A program made the translations under genes and the position numbers. 64,000 bases of DNA, from assembly GCA_963848135.1 (NCBI GenBank), contig CAWKCK010000003.1, forward strand, positions 682,001-746,000, read 5' to 3'. Below, piece by piece: positions 18,991 through 28,446 of the stretch. Every line of letters starts with the position of its first letter. Position 1 is the first letter of the stretch. This stretch comes from an uncultured delta proteobacterium (GTDB lineage Bacteria; Desulfobacterota; Desulfobacteria; Desulfobacterales; SG8-13). Under the pieces are notes generated by a model. That model was given only the letters and a program-made list of their open reading frames with translations, did no database searches and was not told the origin of the DNA.

Positions 18991-20598
18991 ATGAAGGAAA
19001 TAATTACAGAAATTCAAAGCTGGGGCATTCGCGTGCCGCCGGATATTACGGGGCGCAATGGCGGGGCCGGCCCGGCGGAGGGCCGGGCGATGTTAATTGA
19101 CGGAATCGCCGTAAACGCCCCCATAAGCACGGTGTATACCAAACGGTCGCCATTCCGTCTGACGAAAGATCCTGATGGCCGTTATACGTTGTACCGGTAT
19201 GACCAGCGTGTGACCGCCGTTTCAGTGGTACCGCCACCGCACTTCTATGACTACACCGGATCCGACGGCGTTTCCTTGCAGAAGATCGCCCTGCTGCATG
19301 GCGCCGACTGTCTGGCGACCACGGTACGCCAGCGGTGTGTCAACTGGAAAAAGTCTCTGCGCTGTGCTTTCTGTGCCATAGAGCAATCGCTTGAAAATAA
19401 CCTCACGATAGCTGAAAAATCTCCCCACCAGTTGGTCGAAGTGGCCCGCAAAGCAAAATCCGAAGACAATGTCACGCACATGGTGCTCACCTCGGGAACC
19501 GCAGATCCGCCAGGGGCTGAGATAGACTATCTGGCTCGATGTGCAACCGCAATCAAAGCATCAGTAGACATGCCCCTGCACGTTCAATTTTTACCCCCGG
19601 CTGATCTTGGATTGATGGAGCAATTGAAAACCGCCGGGGTCGATACCGTGGGCATTCATATCGAAAGTTTCGATCAGGGGATCCTGCGGAAACTGGCACC
19701 GGCGAAGGCGCGAATCGGGCTTGACAGATATGAGGCCGCCTGGAAAAAAGCTGTGGCTGTGTTTGGACCCAACCAGGTGAGCAGTTTTTTGATCGTCGGC
19801 CTTGGCGAACAGCCTGAGTCGATTGTTTGGGGCAGTGAATATTTGGCGGACCTGGGTGTGTACCCCTTTGTCGTCCCCTTACGGCCCATCCCCGGATCTT
19901 TTCTGCAGGAGACCCTAACGCCGGATCCGGTCTTGATGGCCCGCATTTACACAGATGTGGCCGATATCCTGCGCAAAAAAGGTCTGACAGCGAAGAAGAG
20001 CCTCGCCGGCTGCGTCCGATGCGGTGCTTGCACAGCATTGCCCCTTTATGAAAAGCCGTGTCATCAGATTACCTATCACAGCGCCCGCACGGATAATGAA
20101 CTTTCCCAGGCTTTTGGTATTCGTCAGAAAGTATTCATCCAAGAGCAGGCCCTATTCGTTGATTCGGATATTGATGAAAACGATGCGGCCAGCATCCACA
20201 TTGTGGCCAACAAAGGGGGACGAATCGTCGGTACTGTCCGGGTTTTTCCGGATCCTCATCAGCGGGGAGGCCACTGGATCGGTGGTCGACTGGCGGTGCT
20301 CAAAGACTTCCGAGATTATCGCGTCGGCGCCGCCCTGGTGAAGGAGGCCATGAAGCGGGTCAAGAAAAAAGGCTGTGCCGTATTTACAGCCCACATTCAG
20401 GAAAAAAATATCAGATTTTTTAAAAAGCTTGGCTGGGTCGCCGCAGGACCAGTCGAAACTTACTGCGGTCGTCCTCACCAGCGTATGCAAGCCGATTTGA
20501 GCCGTATCGTAGGCAGGGAGATGCATAGCCTGCCTGAAACAAGGCTGCCGAAATTGGATCCTGCTGTGACCTCTGAGCTTGAGAGAAATTACACATGA
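18991..20598 (+). CDS. MSMEG_0568/NitD-family radical SAM protein fused to a C-terminal GNAT (MSMEG_0567/NitE-like) domain
   Basis: GGAGP, KIALLHG..CLATTV.Q.C-x8-CAFC, HMVLTSGT, GIHIESFD, VYPFVVP.RP and AGCVRCGAC; then F.IRQKVF..EQ, VGTVR, GGRLAV and F.KLGW. Start could be 18925 or 18991. Confidence 0.88.
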   Translation: MKEIITEIQSWGIRVPPDITGRNGGAGPAEGRAMLIDGIAVNAPISTVYTKRSPFRLTKDPDGRYTLYRYDQRVTAVSVVPPPHFYDYTGSDGVSLQKIALLHGADCLATTVRQRCVNWKKSLRCAFCAIEQSLENNLTIAEKSPHQLVEVARKAKSEDNVTHMVLTSGTADPPGAEIDYLARCATAIKASVDMPLHVQFLPPADLGLMEQLKTAGVDTVGIHIESFDQGILRKLAPAKARIGLDRYEAAWKKAVAVFGPNQVSSFLIVGLGEQPESIVWGSEYLADLGVYPFVVPLRPIPGSFLQETLTPDPVLMARIYTDVADILRKKGLTAKKSLAGCVRCGACTALPLYEKPCHQITYHSARTDNELSQAFGIRQKVFIQEQALFVDSDIDENDAASIHIVANKGGRIVGTVRVFPDPHQRGGHWIGGRLAVLKDFRDYRVGAALVKEAMKRVKKKGCAVFTAHIQEKNIRFFKKLGWVAAGPVETYCGRPHQRMQADLSRIVGREMHSLPETRLPKLDPAVTSELERNYT

Positions 20599-20613
20599 AC
20601 AGAGGAGGCCGAT

Positions 20614-21597
20614 TTGAGTGACCGGCTGGAGTCTTTAGTGGATTTGATTCGGAACTCTGAAGGTGTGCGGCGCAAACGGCCGATCAAGGAAGTCGTTGAA
20701 CGGTTGAACCGAACGCATGCATTCGGTTCGATGGTTCCAAATTATGGCGATGATGCCGCTGCCATTCCCTGGCAGGATGGGTACCTGCTGGTCGCGGCTG
20801 ACGGCATGATGACCGACCTTCTGGTCAACGAACCTTACGCTGCCGGCAAAGCCTCGGTCATGGTTACCGTCAACGACATCTACTCCATGGGCGGCAGGCC
20901 CATCGGACTGGTCAATGTCCTGGCTAGTGGCGACGGTACCCAGCGCCGCAAAATAGTCGAGGGGATCGAAAAAGGATGCCGCAAGTTGCAAGTCCCCATG
21001 TTGGGCGGCCACTTGCATCCTGATGCACCGCTAAATTATCCGGCATTGAGTGTGACCATCATCGGATTCGCCAAAGCTCTCCTCCGCAGCCACCTGGCGG
21101 CTCCCGGAGACCAGCTGGTCCTTGCGGTCGATTTGGACGGCAAGGCCGGCTGCCAGTCGGTTGTCAGCTGGGATGCCAATTCCGGTAAGAGTTCCGAAGC
21201 CATCCGCCGGCGGTTAGAGGCACTTCCCCTTATTGCCGAAAGCGGTTTGGCATCGGCAGCCAAGGATGTCAGCAACGCCGGGATCATCGGCACCACCGCC
21301 ATCATGCTCGAAAACTCAGGGAAGGGAGCTGATATTGACATCGATGCGATTCCTGTGCCCAATTCTTTAGGGCTCGAGCCGTGGTTGTTGTGTTTTCAAA
21401 GTTTCGGGTTCATCCTATCGGTCCCTCCTGAGGCCACCGACCGGGTACTGTCCCTATTCTCTGAGCGCCAAATTACCGCTGCAGTCATTGGTATCGTGCA
21501 GGCAGATCCTGTCGTAAAGATATGCAGCGGAAACGATTCCAACGTTCTCTTCGATTTCAGCCGGGATATCATTACAGGAATTCGGCCCCCACTTTAA
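20614..21597 (+). CDS. PurM/AIR-synthase-like ATP-dependent protein (sll0787/NitF, methanogenesis-marker-2-like)
   Basis: GDDAAAI, LVAADG, VNDIYSMGGRP, GGH and AKDVSNAGIIGT. Confidence 0.88.
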   Translation: MSDRLESLVDLIRNSEGVRRKRPIKEVVERLNRTHAFGSMVPNYGDDAAAIPWQDGYLLVAADGMMTDLLVNEPYAAGKASVMVTVNDIYSMGGRPIGLVNVLASGDGTQRRKIVEGIEKGCRKLQVPMLGGHLHPDAPLNYPALSVTIIGFAKALLRSHLAAPGDQLVLAVDLDGKAGCQSVVSWDANSGKSSEAIRRRLEALPLIAESGLASAAKDVSNAGIIGTTAIMLENSGKGADIDIDAIPVPNSLGLEPWLLCFQSFGFILSVPPEATDRVLSLFSERQITAAVIGIVQADPVVKICSGNDSNVLFDFSRDIITGIRPPL

Positions 21598-21696
21598 AAC
21601 GGCCTTGAGGAGAAGTTGTGGGCGCCACTTTTCCATTTTAGATATGCTTTTCTGGGTCCCGGCATCGAGAGTCATCGGTGTAAATCTGCGGGGCGC

Positions 21697-23124
21697 TCAG
21701 ATAGAGAATCCACCCAGCTTGGTTTCCAAATACTCATCAAGACCTTCTATAGCACCTTCACGGCCTAACCCGCTTTCCTTCATTCCGCCGAAAGGGGCAG
21801 CTGCTGATGTCGGATTGATGTCATTGATGCCGACGATACCGAAATGAAGGCCCTCGAACAGATTAAAGGCCTTTTTCAGGTCCCGTGTATAAACATAAGA
21901 CGCTAACCCATAATCGGTATCATTGGCCATGGCAAGCAGGTCGTCCTCGTCAGTGTATGGGATTATGGGGGCAACGGGGCCAAAAGTCTCTTCCCGATAG
22001 ATTGTCATTTCGGCAGATATTTGGCTCAGGATGGTTGGCGCGTAAAAGAATCCCTTTTCAAGACCATCCTCAACCAGTCTGCGGCCACCGGCAACGAGTT
22101 CGGCACCTTTACTAATGGCATCTTGGACCTGGCGATCGACCTTCTCTATGGCGGCCTCGTTAACCAGTGGACCGATTCGGACACCCGGGTCGAATCCTGA
22201 ACCGGCTTTAAGCATCGATACTCTGTTGGACAATTCATTTAAGAACGGGGCAATAATATCTGCATGCACAAAAATGCGGTTGGGACTGATACACGCTTGA
22301 CCGGTGTTAAGGAACTTAACGAGTGCAAGCCCCTTGGCGGCGTGGACGGGATCCGCATCACGACACACAATGAAGGGGGCATGCCCCCCCAGTTCCAAGG
22401 ATACCCGTTTTAGCTGGGATGCTGCGCCCCTTGCGAGCATCTTTCCGACCCGGGTCGACCCGGTAAAGGTCAATTTGCGGACTCTATTATCATCAAGGAA
22501 TGCCGCTCCAATCGGTTCCGGGTCCAGCGCCGTCATCAAGTTGACGACACCGTCGGGAACACCAGCCTTCTCAAACACCTCGAAAACGGCTCTCGCGCAC
22601 AATGGTGTTGCCTCTGCGGGTTTAAGAACGAGAGTACAACCGGCCGCCAGCGCTGGGGCGACCTTTCGCGTGATCATGGAGATGGGATAATTCCAGGGTG
22701 TAATGGCGCCGACAACACCTACGGGCTGGCGCAAAACGATGAAGCGCTGGTCTGCTCTTGCCGAAGGAATCGTCTGGCCGTAAATGCGTTTGGCTTCTTC
22801 CGCAAACCACAGCAAAAAGTCGGCAGCATATTTGACTTCATTGCGGGCGGCCTGGATGGGTTTACCCTGTTCTTCGGTCATAACGGCGGCCAGATGTTCC
22901 AGGCCTTCCATCATTAATGCATGGGCTTTATAAAGGAACCGAGACCGATGATAGGGGGTTTGAGTCGACCAATAGGGAAAGGCCGCGGCGGCTGCATCGA
23001 TGGCCTTTAGGGCATCGATACCATCGCCGGCCGGAACGTGTCCGATAGATTCACCGGAAGCAGGATTGTACGATTGGAAACGGCTCCCCTTTTCGGCATC
23101 CATCCATTTACCGTTGATAAACAT
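21697..23124 (-). CDS. gabD: NAD(P)-dependent succinate-semialdehyde dehydrogenase
   Basis: EQGKP, AEEAKRIYG, ITPWNYP..MITRK, FTGST, LELGGHAP, GQAC and ETFGP. Confidence 0.85.
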   Translation of the reverse strand: MFINGKWMDAEKGSRFQSYNPASGESIGHVPAGDGIDALKAIDAAAAAFPYWSTQTPYHRSRFLYKAHALMMEGLEHLAAVMTEEQGKPIQAARNEVKYAADFLLWFAEEAKRIYGQTIPSARADQRFIVLRQPVGVVGAITPWNYPISMITRKVAPALAAGCTLVLKPAEATPLCARAVFEVFEKAGVPDGVVNLMTALDPEPIGAAFLDDNRVRKLTFTGSTRVGKMLARGAASQLKRVSLELGGHAPFIVCRDADPVHAAKGLALVKFLNTGQACISPNRIFVHADIIAPFLNELSNRVSMLKAGSGFDPGVRIGPLVNEAAIEKVDRQVQDAISKGAELVAGGRRLVEDGLEKGFFYAPTILSQISAEMTIYREETFGPVAPIIPYTDEDDLLAMANDTDYGLASYVYTRDLKKAFNLFEGLHFGIVGINDINPTSAAAPFGGMKESGLGREGAIEGLDEYLETKLGGFSI

Positions 23125-23553
23125 GATAACTTCCTTTCTCCAAATGTAAGCCGCCTGAAACGGCAGCTTTTATTCAGCACCACCGGTGGCGATCTTATTA
23201 TGGCGTCAATACGTCAACTGCCGAACCTGTGCCGATTGCTTTTCGATCAACTCCTTTGATTTATGACAACGGAATCAAGGTTCACTTCCTGGAAAATCAA
23301 GCCCACGTATACCACCCTTCCATATCGTTGGATATACTTTTAAAACGTGGTATTAATGCGGATGTTTGAATTTTTTTCTCTTTTTATATCTATTCGTTGA
23401 CCAGAATTTCAACCGCTTTTCTGTCTGGAAGTAACCGATGTAGCGGCGACGATTCCAGAACCCGCTTCGATTTCAGCCGGAAGTCCACCATAGGAACACG
23501 GTTCCCACATTAAAACGGTCCAGGAAGAAATTCGATCGTCACTTTTCAGCGGA

Positions 23554-23569
23554 GGGCACCAAAATTGCA
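23554..23569 (+). promoter_or_regulatory. Sigma-54 (-24/-12) promoter of the CoA-transferase
   Basis: GGGCACCAAAATTGCA against consensus TGGCACG-N4-TTGCW. Confidence 0.75.
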
Positions 23570-23640
23570 TAATTCAAAAGGCATCAGGTAATTTCAATGC
23601 CGGATTGTAGGAAAGCTCAAGCAGACGATCGGAGGAAGCA

Positions 23641-25647
23641 ATGATTGATGAGAAAGACCCAAATGATGTGGAACGCACCCATCCTGTTCTCTCTTCCCTT
23701 CCGCCACCAAAAACAAAAAAGGGTAAATTAGTTACCGCAGAGGATGCTATTCGCCTGATTAGAAACGGCGATACAGTGGCTACCGGCGGATTTGTCGGCA
23801 TCGGTTTTCCTGAAGAAATTGCCGTTGAACTTGAAGAACACTATCTCAACTATAAAACACCCAAAAATCTGACACTGATTTATGCGGCCGGACAGGGTGA
23901 CGGAGACAAGCGCGGACTCAACCATTTCGGGCATGAAGGCCTGGTTGCAAGAGTCGTGGGCGGGCATTGGGGACTGGTCCCCAAGCTGCAGCGTTTGGCC
24001 ATCGAGAATAAAATCGAGGCTTACAATCTTCCCCAAGGCGTAATTAGCCATATGTATCGGGATATTGCCGCCCACAAACCCCGAACCATCACATCCGTTG
24101 GTTTGGGGACGTTTGTGGATCCGAGAAACGGCGGCGGGAAAATCAATGCCCGCACAACCAAAGAAATGGTTGAATTGATCGAATTCGATGGGCAGGAATA
24201 TCTGGCATACAAGACGATTCCGATCAATGTCGCCATCCTGCGGGGTACCACGGCCGACATGGATGGCAACATCACTATGGAAAAGGAGGCGCTGACCCTG
24301 GAGTCGCTGGCCATCGCGACGGCAGCGAAGAATTCCGGCGGATTCGTCATCGTTCAAGTCGAACGCATCGCTGAGAGCGGCACGCTGCATGCCCGCCAGG
24401 TTAAAATCCCCGGCATTATGGTCGACTGCGTGGTGGTGTCCCGTCCGGAAAACCACTGGCAGACCTTTTCTGAAATATACAACCCGTCTTATAGTTGTGA
24501 AGTCAAAATTCCGATGCATTCGGTAGCGCCCATGGATATGAGCGGCCGGAAGATCATCGCTCGGCGCGCGGCCATAGAGTTGAAAGCCAACAGCATCGTT
24601 AATCTGGGGATCGGCATGCCCGAGGGTGTGGCCAATGTCGCCAACGAAGAAAAAATCCTCGATTTTATTACTTTAACCGCTGAACCAGGTGTCATTGGAG
24701 GCATTCCGGCCGGGGGGCTTAGTTTTGGGGCGGCCACCAACACGGATGCGGTCATCGACCAACCCAGTCAATTCGATTTTTACGATGGCGGTGGCTTGGA
24801 CATCGCCTTCCTGGGATTGGCCCAGGCGGACCGGCAAGGAAACCTGAATGTCAGCAAGTTCGGACCGAAGCTTGCCGGCGCCGGAGGGTTTATCAATATC
24901 AGCCAGAATGCCAAAAAGGTCGTCTTCGTCGGCACATTTACTGCTGGTGGGCTCAAAATTTACGTCAATCAAGGAAAGTTGCGAATTATCCGGGAAGGCA
25001 AGGTTAAAAAGTTTGTCGAGCAGGTCGAACACGTGACTTTCAGCGGCGAATATGCGTTGAAGAAGAAGCAACCGGTGCTGTATGTGACTGAGCGCTGTAT
25101 ATTTGAATTGACCGATGCCGGAATGGTGCTCGTCGAAGTAGCACCTGGTGTGGACGTGGAAGAGCACATCCTCGCCCAGATGGGATTTGAGCCGATCGTC
25201 AACGGTACGCCATCACTGATGGACCCGCGGATTTTCAGCCCGGAGCCGATGGGGTTAGGCAAAGATTTGCTGGCGCTCAAACTGGAAGATCGATTTGTTT
25301 ACGACCGGTCCGACAATCTATTTTTTGTCAACCTGGAGGGGTTTTCCGTGAAGGACAATCGCACAGTCGGAAATATCCGGGATAGCGTCGAGAAAATCCT
25401 CAAACCAGTGGGACATAAAGTGTATACTATTGTCAACTATGACAATTTCAGCATCCTGCCCGAACTCGTGGACGAATACACAGATATGGTCAAGTATCTG
25501 GTGGAAAATTACTATTCCGGGGTTACTCGTTATACCACTAGCGCTTTTCTGAGGGTCAAACTTGGTGACGCGATGCAGAAACGGAATGTCGCGCCGCAGA
25601 TTTACGAAAGCAGCCAGGAGGCAAAGAAGGCGCTGAAAAAAAGCTGA
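23641..25647 (+). CDS. Family I acyl-CoA:acetate CoA-transferase (Pct/YdiF-like) with an extra C-terminal domain
   Basis: AAGQGD, AYNLPQG, VGLGTFVDPR, VNLGIGMP, catalytic AEPG and GAGGFINISQ. Confidence 0.9.
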   Translation: MIDEKDPNDVERTHPVLSSLPPPKTKKGKLVTAEDAIRLIRNGDTVATGGFVGIGFPEEIAVELEEHYLNYKTPKNLTLIYAAGQGDGDKRGLNHFGHEGLVARVVGGHWGLVPKLQRLAIENKIEAYNLPQGVISHMYRDIAAHKPRTITSVGLGTFVDPRNGGGKINARTTKEMVELIEFDGQEYLAYKTIPINVAILRGTTADMDGNITMEKEALTLESLAIATAAKNSGGFVIVQVERIAESGTLHARQVKIPGIMVDCVVVSRPENHWQTFSEIYNPSYSCEVKIPMHSVAPMDMSGRKIIARRAAIELKANSIVNLGIGMPEGVANVANEEKILDFITLTAEPGVIGGIPAGGLSFGAATNTDAVIDQPSQFDFYDGGGLDIAFLGLAQADRQGNLNVSKFGPKLAGAGGFINISQNAKKVVFVGTFTAGGLKIYVNQGKLRIIREGKVKKFVEQVEHVTFSGEYALKKKQPVLYVTERCIFELTDAGMVLVEVAPGVDVEEHILAQMGFEPIVNGTPSLMDPRIFSPEPMGLGKDLLALKLEDRFVYDRSDNLFFVNLEGFSVKDNRTVGNIRDSVEKILKPVGHKVYTIVNYDNFSILPELVDEYTDMVKYLVENYYSGVTRYTTSAFLRVKLGDAMQKRNVAPQIYESSQEAKKALKKS

Positions 25648-25749
25648 TCCTTTGTGTCGAACATCTTCGGAGGAGACGAATCTTCGCAGAGGGCTTAAAT
25701 TGTGCCCCCAAAGAGGTGTGTAGCATAATTGGTACGCCTTCGCGAGGTC

Positions 25750-27171
25750 CTAATCCCTCCGCACGGCGATAGCGTGTTTTTTCATTTTCTTATAGAGCAA
25801 GGTTCGGTGGATACCGAGCAATTCAGCGGCGCGGGTTTTATTGTTGGCGGTCTCTTCCAGGGCACGCAGAATAGCCGATTTTTCGGCCTTCGCTTGCGTG
25901 ACTCGAATCGAGGAGTATTCAGGTGCCTGTGCCGATAACGACTCCCGCCTAACGTAAAATGGCAGGTGTTCGGGTTCGATGGTATCGCCTTCTATCGAGG
26001 ACAAGGCCCGCTCGAGGACATTCGAGAGTTCCCGTACGTTACCTGGCCATTCGTAGTCAGCCAGTGCTCTTTCGGCATCGGGCGCCAACTTAACATTCGG
26101 CATAGCGGCATCCTGCGCCAATTTATTCAACAGGTGGCGTGCGATGTGAACAATGTCGCTTCGGCGTTTGCGTAAAGATGGAATGTGGAGCGGAATGACA
26201 TTGAGGCGGTAGAAGAGGTCCTTGCGAAAATTTCCCCGTGAAAGCATTTCTTCGAGGTTCTGGTTGGTTGCGGCAATCAGCCGGAAATCGGGGCGGATAA
26301 TCGTGTTACCCCCCACCCGTTCGAATTCCTTGTCTTCGAGGACACGCAGGAGCTTCGGTTGCATCTCCAGGGGGAGGTCTCCGATCTCGTCCAGAAAAAC
26401 CGTCCCGTTGTGGGCGAGTTCAAATTTGCCGGGCTTCCCCCCGACTCCGGCGCCGGTAAAGGCCCCTTTTTCATACCCAAACAGTTCGGACTCGAGTAAA
26501 TCTTTTGGAATCGCGGCACAGTTGATGCGGACAAACGGGAATAGTTTGCGGGAACCGGCATGATGAATGGCCTGGGCAAAAAGTTCCTTTCCGGTACCGC
26601 TTTCACCCGAGAGGAGAACCGGAAACTGATTGGATGATGCCTTAAAGGCCTCGTTTTTCAAATATTTAATTTTTCTGTTTTTACCGATGATGCTGTCCAA
26701 TGTGTAGCGTGTCGAGCGCAGGTTGAGCAGCTCCTGTTCGTATAATTTGACCTTGGATTCCAAAAGGGAAAGCTTTCGGGCCAGCTTGCCGACGTCTTTA
26801 ACATCCTTGAACATCACTTGACCAAAGACTGCGATAACTTTGCCATCTCTTTTAATGGGAATGCGCTGAACCACCATTTTTTGGCCCATGATGTCTTGAG
26901 AGTGATTGATTTCAGGCTTGCCGGTTTTGGCCACGATGTGCATGCGACTATTTTCGATGGCTTTCGTACAGTGCCGGCCGATTTGTTCCGCTGGATTCAA
27001 TCCCAGAAAATGTCCGTAAGGTCTGTTGAAGTGGGTAATGATGCCATTCGCATCCGTAACCATGGAGCCGTTGTAAATACTCTCAAAAATCTGCTTGTAC
27101 ATTTCTAGTTGCTCGCAGACCTCTTTGTACTTTTCGGAAATCTTTGTACCTGTCATTGTCCGGTTTTCCAT
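25750..27171 (-). CDS. PAS-domain sigma-54-dependent activator (bEBP) with Fis-type HTH
   Basis: [34 protein letters not shown] and C-terminal HTH; start uncertain (27156-27180). Confidence 0.95.
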   Translation of the reverse strand: MENRTMTGTKISEKYKEVCEQLEMYKQIFESIYNGSMVTDANGIITHFNRPYGHFLGLNPAEQIGRHCTKAIENSRMHIVAKTGKPEINHSQDIMGQKMVVQRIPIKRDGKVIAVFGQVMFKDVKDVGKLARKLSLLESKVKLYEQELLNLRSTRYTLDSIIGKNRKIKYLKNEAFKASSNQFPVLLSGESGTGKELFAQAIHHAGSRKLFPFVRINCAAIPKDLLESELFGYEKGAFTGAGVGGKPGKFELAHNGTVFLDEIGDLPLEMQPKLLRVLEDKEFERVGGNTIIRPDFRLIAATNQNLEEMLSRGNFRKDLFYRLNVIPLHIPSLRKRRSDIVHIARHLLNKLAQDAAMPNVKLAPDAERALADYEWPGNVRELSNVLERALSSIEGDTIEPEHLPFYVRRESLSAQAPEYSSIRVTQAKAEKSAILRALEETANNKTRAAELLGIHRTLLYKKMKKHAIAVRRD

Positions 27172-27232
27172 TGGCGGCATTTGTGGTTTTTTGCGGCGAC
27201 TTTTTGCCAACGTACGTGGTAAAACACTCAAT

Positions 27233-27268
27233 TGTATCAAAATGTCAACATGTATAAAATTTGCTACA
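27233..27268. promoter_or_regulatory. Two tandem TGT-N12-ACA boxes (candidate bEBP enhancer sites)
   Basis: TGTatcaaaatgtcaACA (27233-27250) and TGTataaaatttgctACA (27251-27268), about 140-170 bp upstream of a sigma54 promoter. Confidence 0.65.
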
Positions 27269-27406
27269 TTTTTTATATCGTCAACTTTTTATTATGTCGA
27301 GATAAAAAGTGAATTCAGCTCAACAATTGCTTCCTGTTCCTTTGAATTCGTGAATCTGTCGATGACCATGAACGGGCCGCTTGATTATGCGATTCAATAT
27401 GATTGA

Positions 27407-27422
27407 TGGTCCAGAATTTGCA
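27407..27422 (+). promoter_or_regulatory. Sigma-54 promoter of the SDR/TRAP operon
   Basis: TGGTCCAGAATTTGCA, GG-N10-GC. Confidence 0.65.
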
Positions 27423-27461
27423 GCATTAAGATGAAAACACCCCATCGGAACCTGGAAAATC

Positions 27462-28267
27462 ATGACCGACAACGAGCCGGAGATCAGGCAGGAAGACATC
27501 CTTGTTCTTCAGGACGATCAGTTTCAAAACGACAATGTGTGCATCGTTACCGGTGTTGGCACAGAGATCGGCCGGGCGACGGCCATCGCCGCCGCCGCCA
27601 ACAACTTGATGACCGTCGGTTTTGATGTCAACGAAGATGAGGGGAAGAACACCCAAAGGCTGGCCCGGGAGATGGGAGGTCAGATGATTTTCATCCGTGT
27701 GGATATGGCAAAAGACGAAGAGGTTGAATATGGTGTCATGGAAGCGACCAAACTGGGGGCAATCAAATATCTGGCGAACATCGTCTGCATTCAGCATTTT
27801 GATTCGGCCGAGATGCTATCCAATGCAAGAATACGATCAAATGCAGCGTATTCATAGTGCAAGCCCCTTTGTACCTCTCAAAATTGACAATTTCCCACAT
27901 GAAAAAAAGCGCCGACCGTGCAGGGGTGATTGGCAACATGGCCCCTACGCATAATCACAACTGTATCGGCAACCAACCGGCCGACAACATCCCGCTGTTC
28001 GACTTGCGAGCACTGAGTCAGTCCATTTCGACCGAAGGAGGCGGCAAGATTCGATCCTTTACTGTTAATGCCGGTCTCTTGAAAACGCCGCTGAGTTTCG
28101 ATGAAAAGCCCGTTCGGAACAAGCAGCAAGGCACAGAATCACAAGAGGCACTTCAAGGCAACCAATCCCGCACAAAGGATAAAATATTACCTATCGAGGT
28201 GGCCAATTTTTTTATTTTCGGGTTTTCCCGGTTTGCACGGTATCTGGTTGATATTGGTCTGACTTGA
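27462..28267 (+). pseudogene. SDR (3-hydroxybutyrate dehydrogenase-like), frameshifted and catalytically degenerate
   Basis: Pieces lie in three frames (shifts near 27815 and 27853); TGVGTEIG replaces TGxxxGIG; no YxxxK. Confidence 0.75.
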
Positions 28268-28343
28268 TACGCCGGTTTGATCAAATAGAACTGCGGGGAA
28301 ACAAACCCCAAGCGCAAAGGAGGTGATCGGAGAACGCAAATTA

Positions 28344-28361
28344 TGTCGATTGCATTCGACA
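28344..28361. promoter_or_regulatory. Palindrome TGTCGA-N6-TCGACA (TGT-N12-ACA) upstream of dctP
   Basis: TGTCGATTGCATTCGACA. Confidence 0.45.
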
Positions 28362-28446
28362 GCATTCAATGAAAAGAGTCACATGCGACTGCGTCGAGCA
28401 TTACAATAGGAGGCTTGACGTTCACTACCGAAAAAGGAGGATTCTG

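Noticed and set aside
23217..23234. Possible sigma54 promoter for gabD (CGGCACAGGTTCGGCA, minus strand)
   Set aside because: The -12 element lacks TTGC; too weak to call.
28315..28372. AAAGGAGGTGATC as an rRNA fragment or as the RBS of a 9-aa peptide (MSIAFDSIQ)
   Set aside because: No further rRNA similarity, and the spacing to the ATG is too long.
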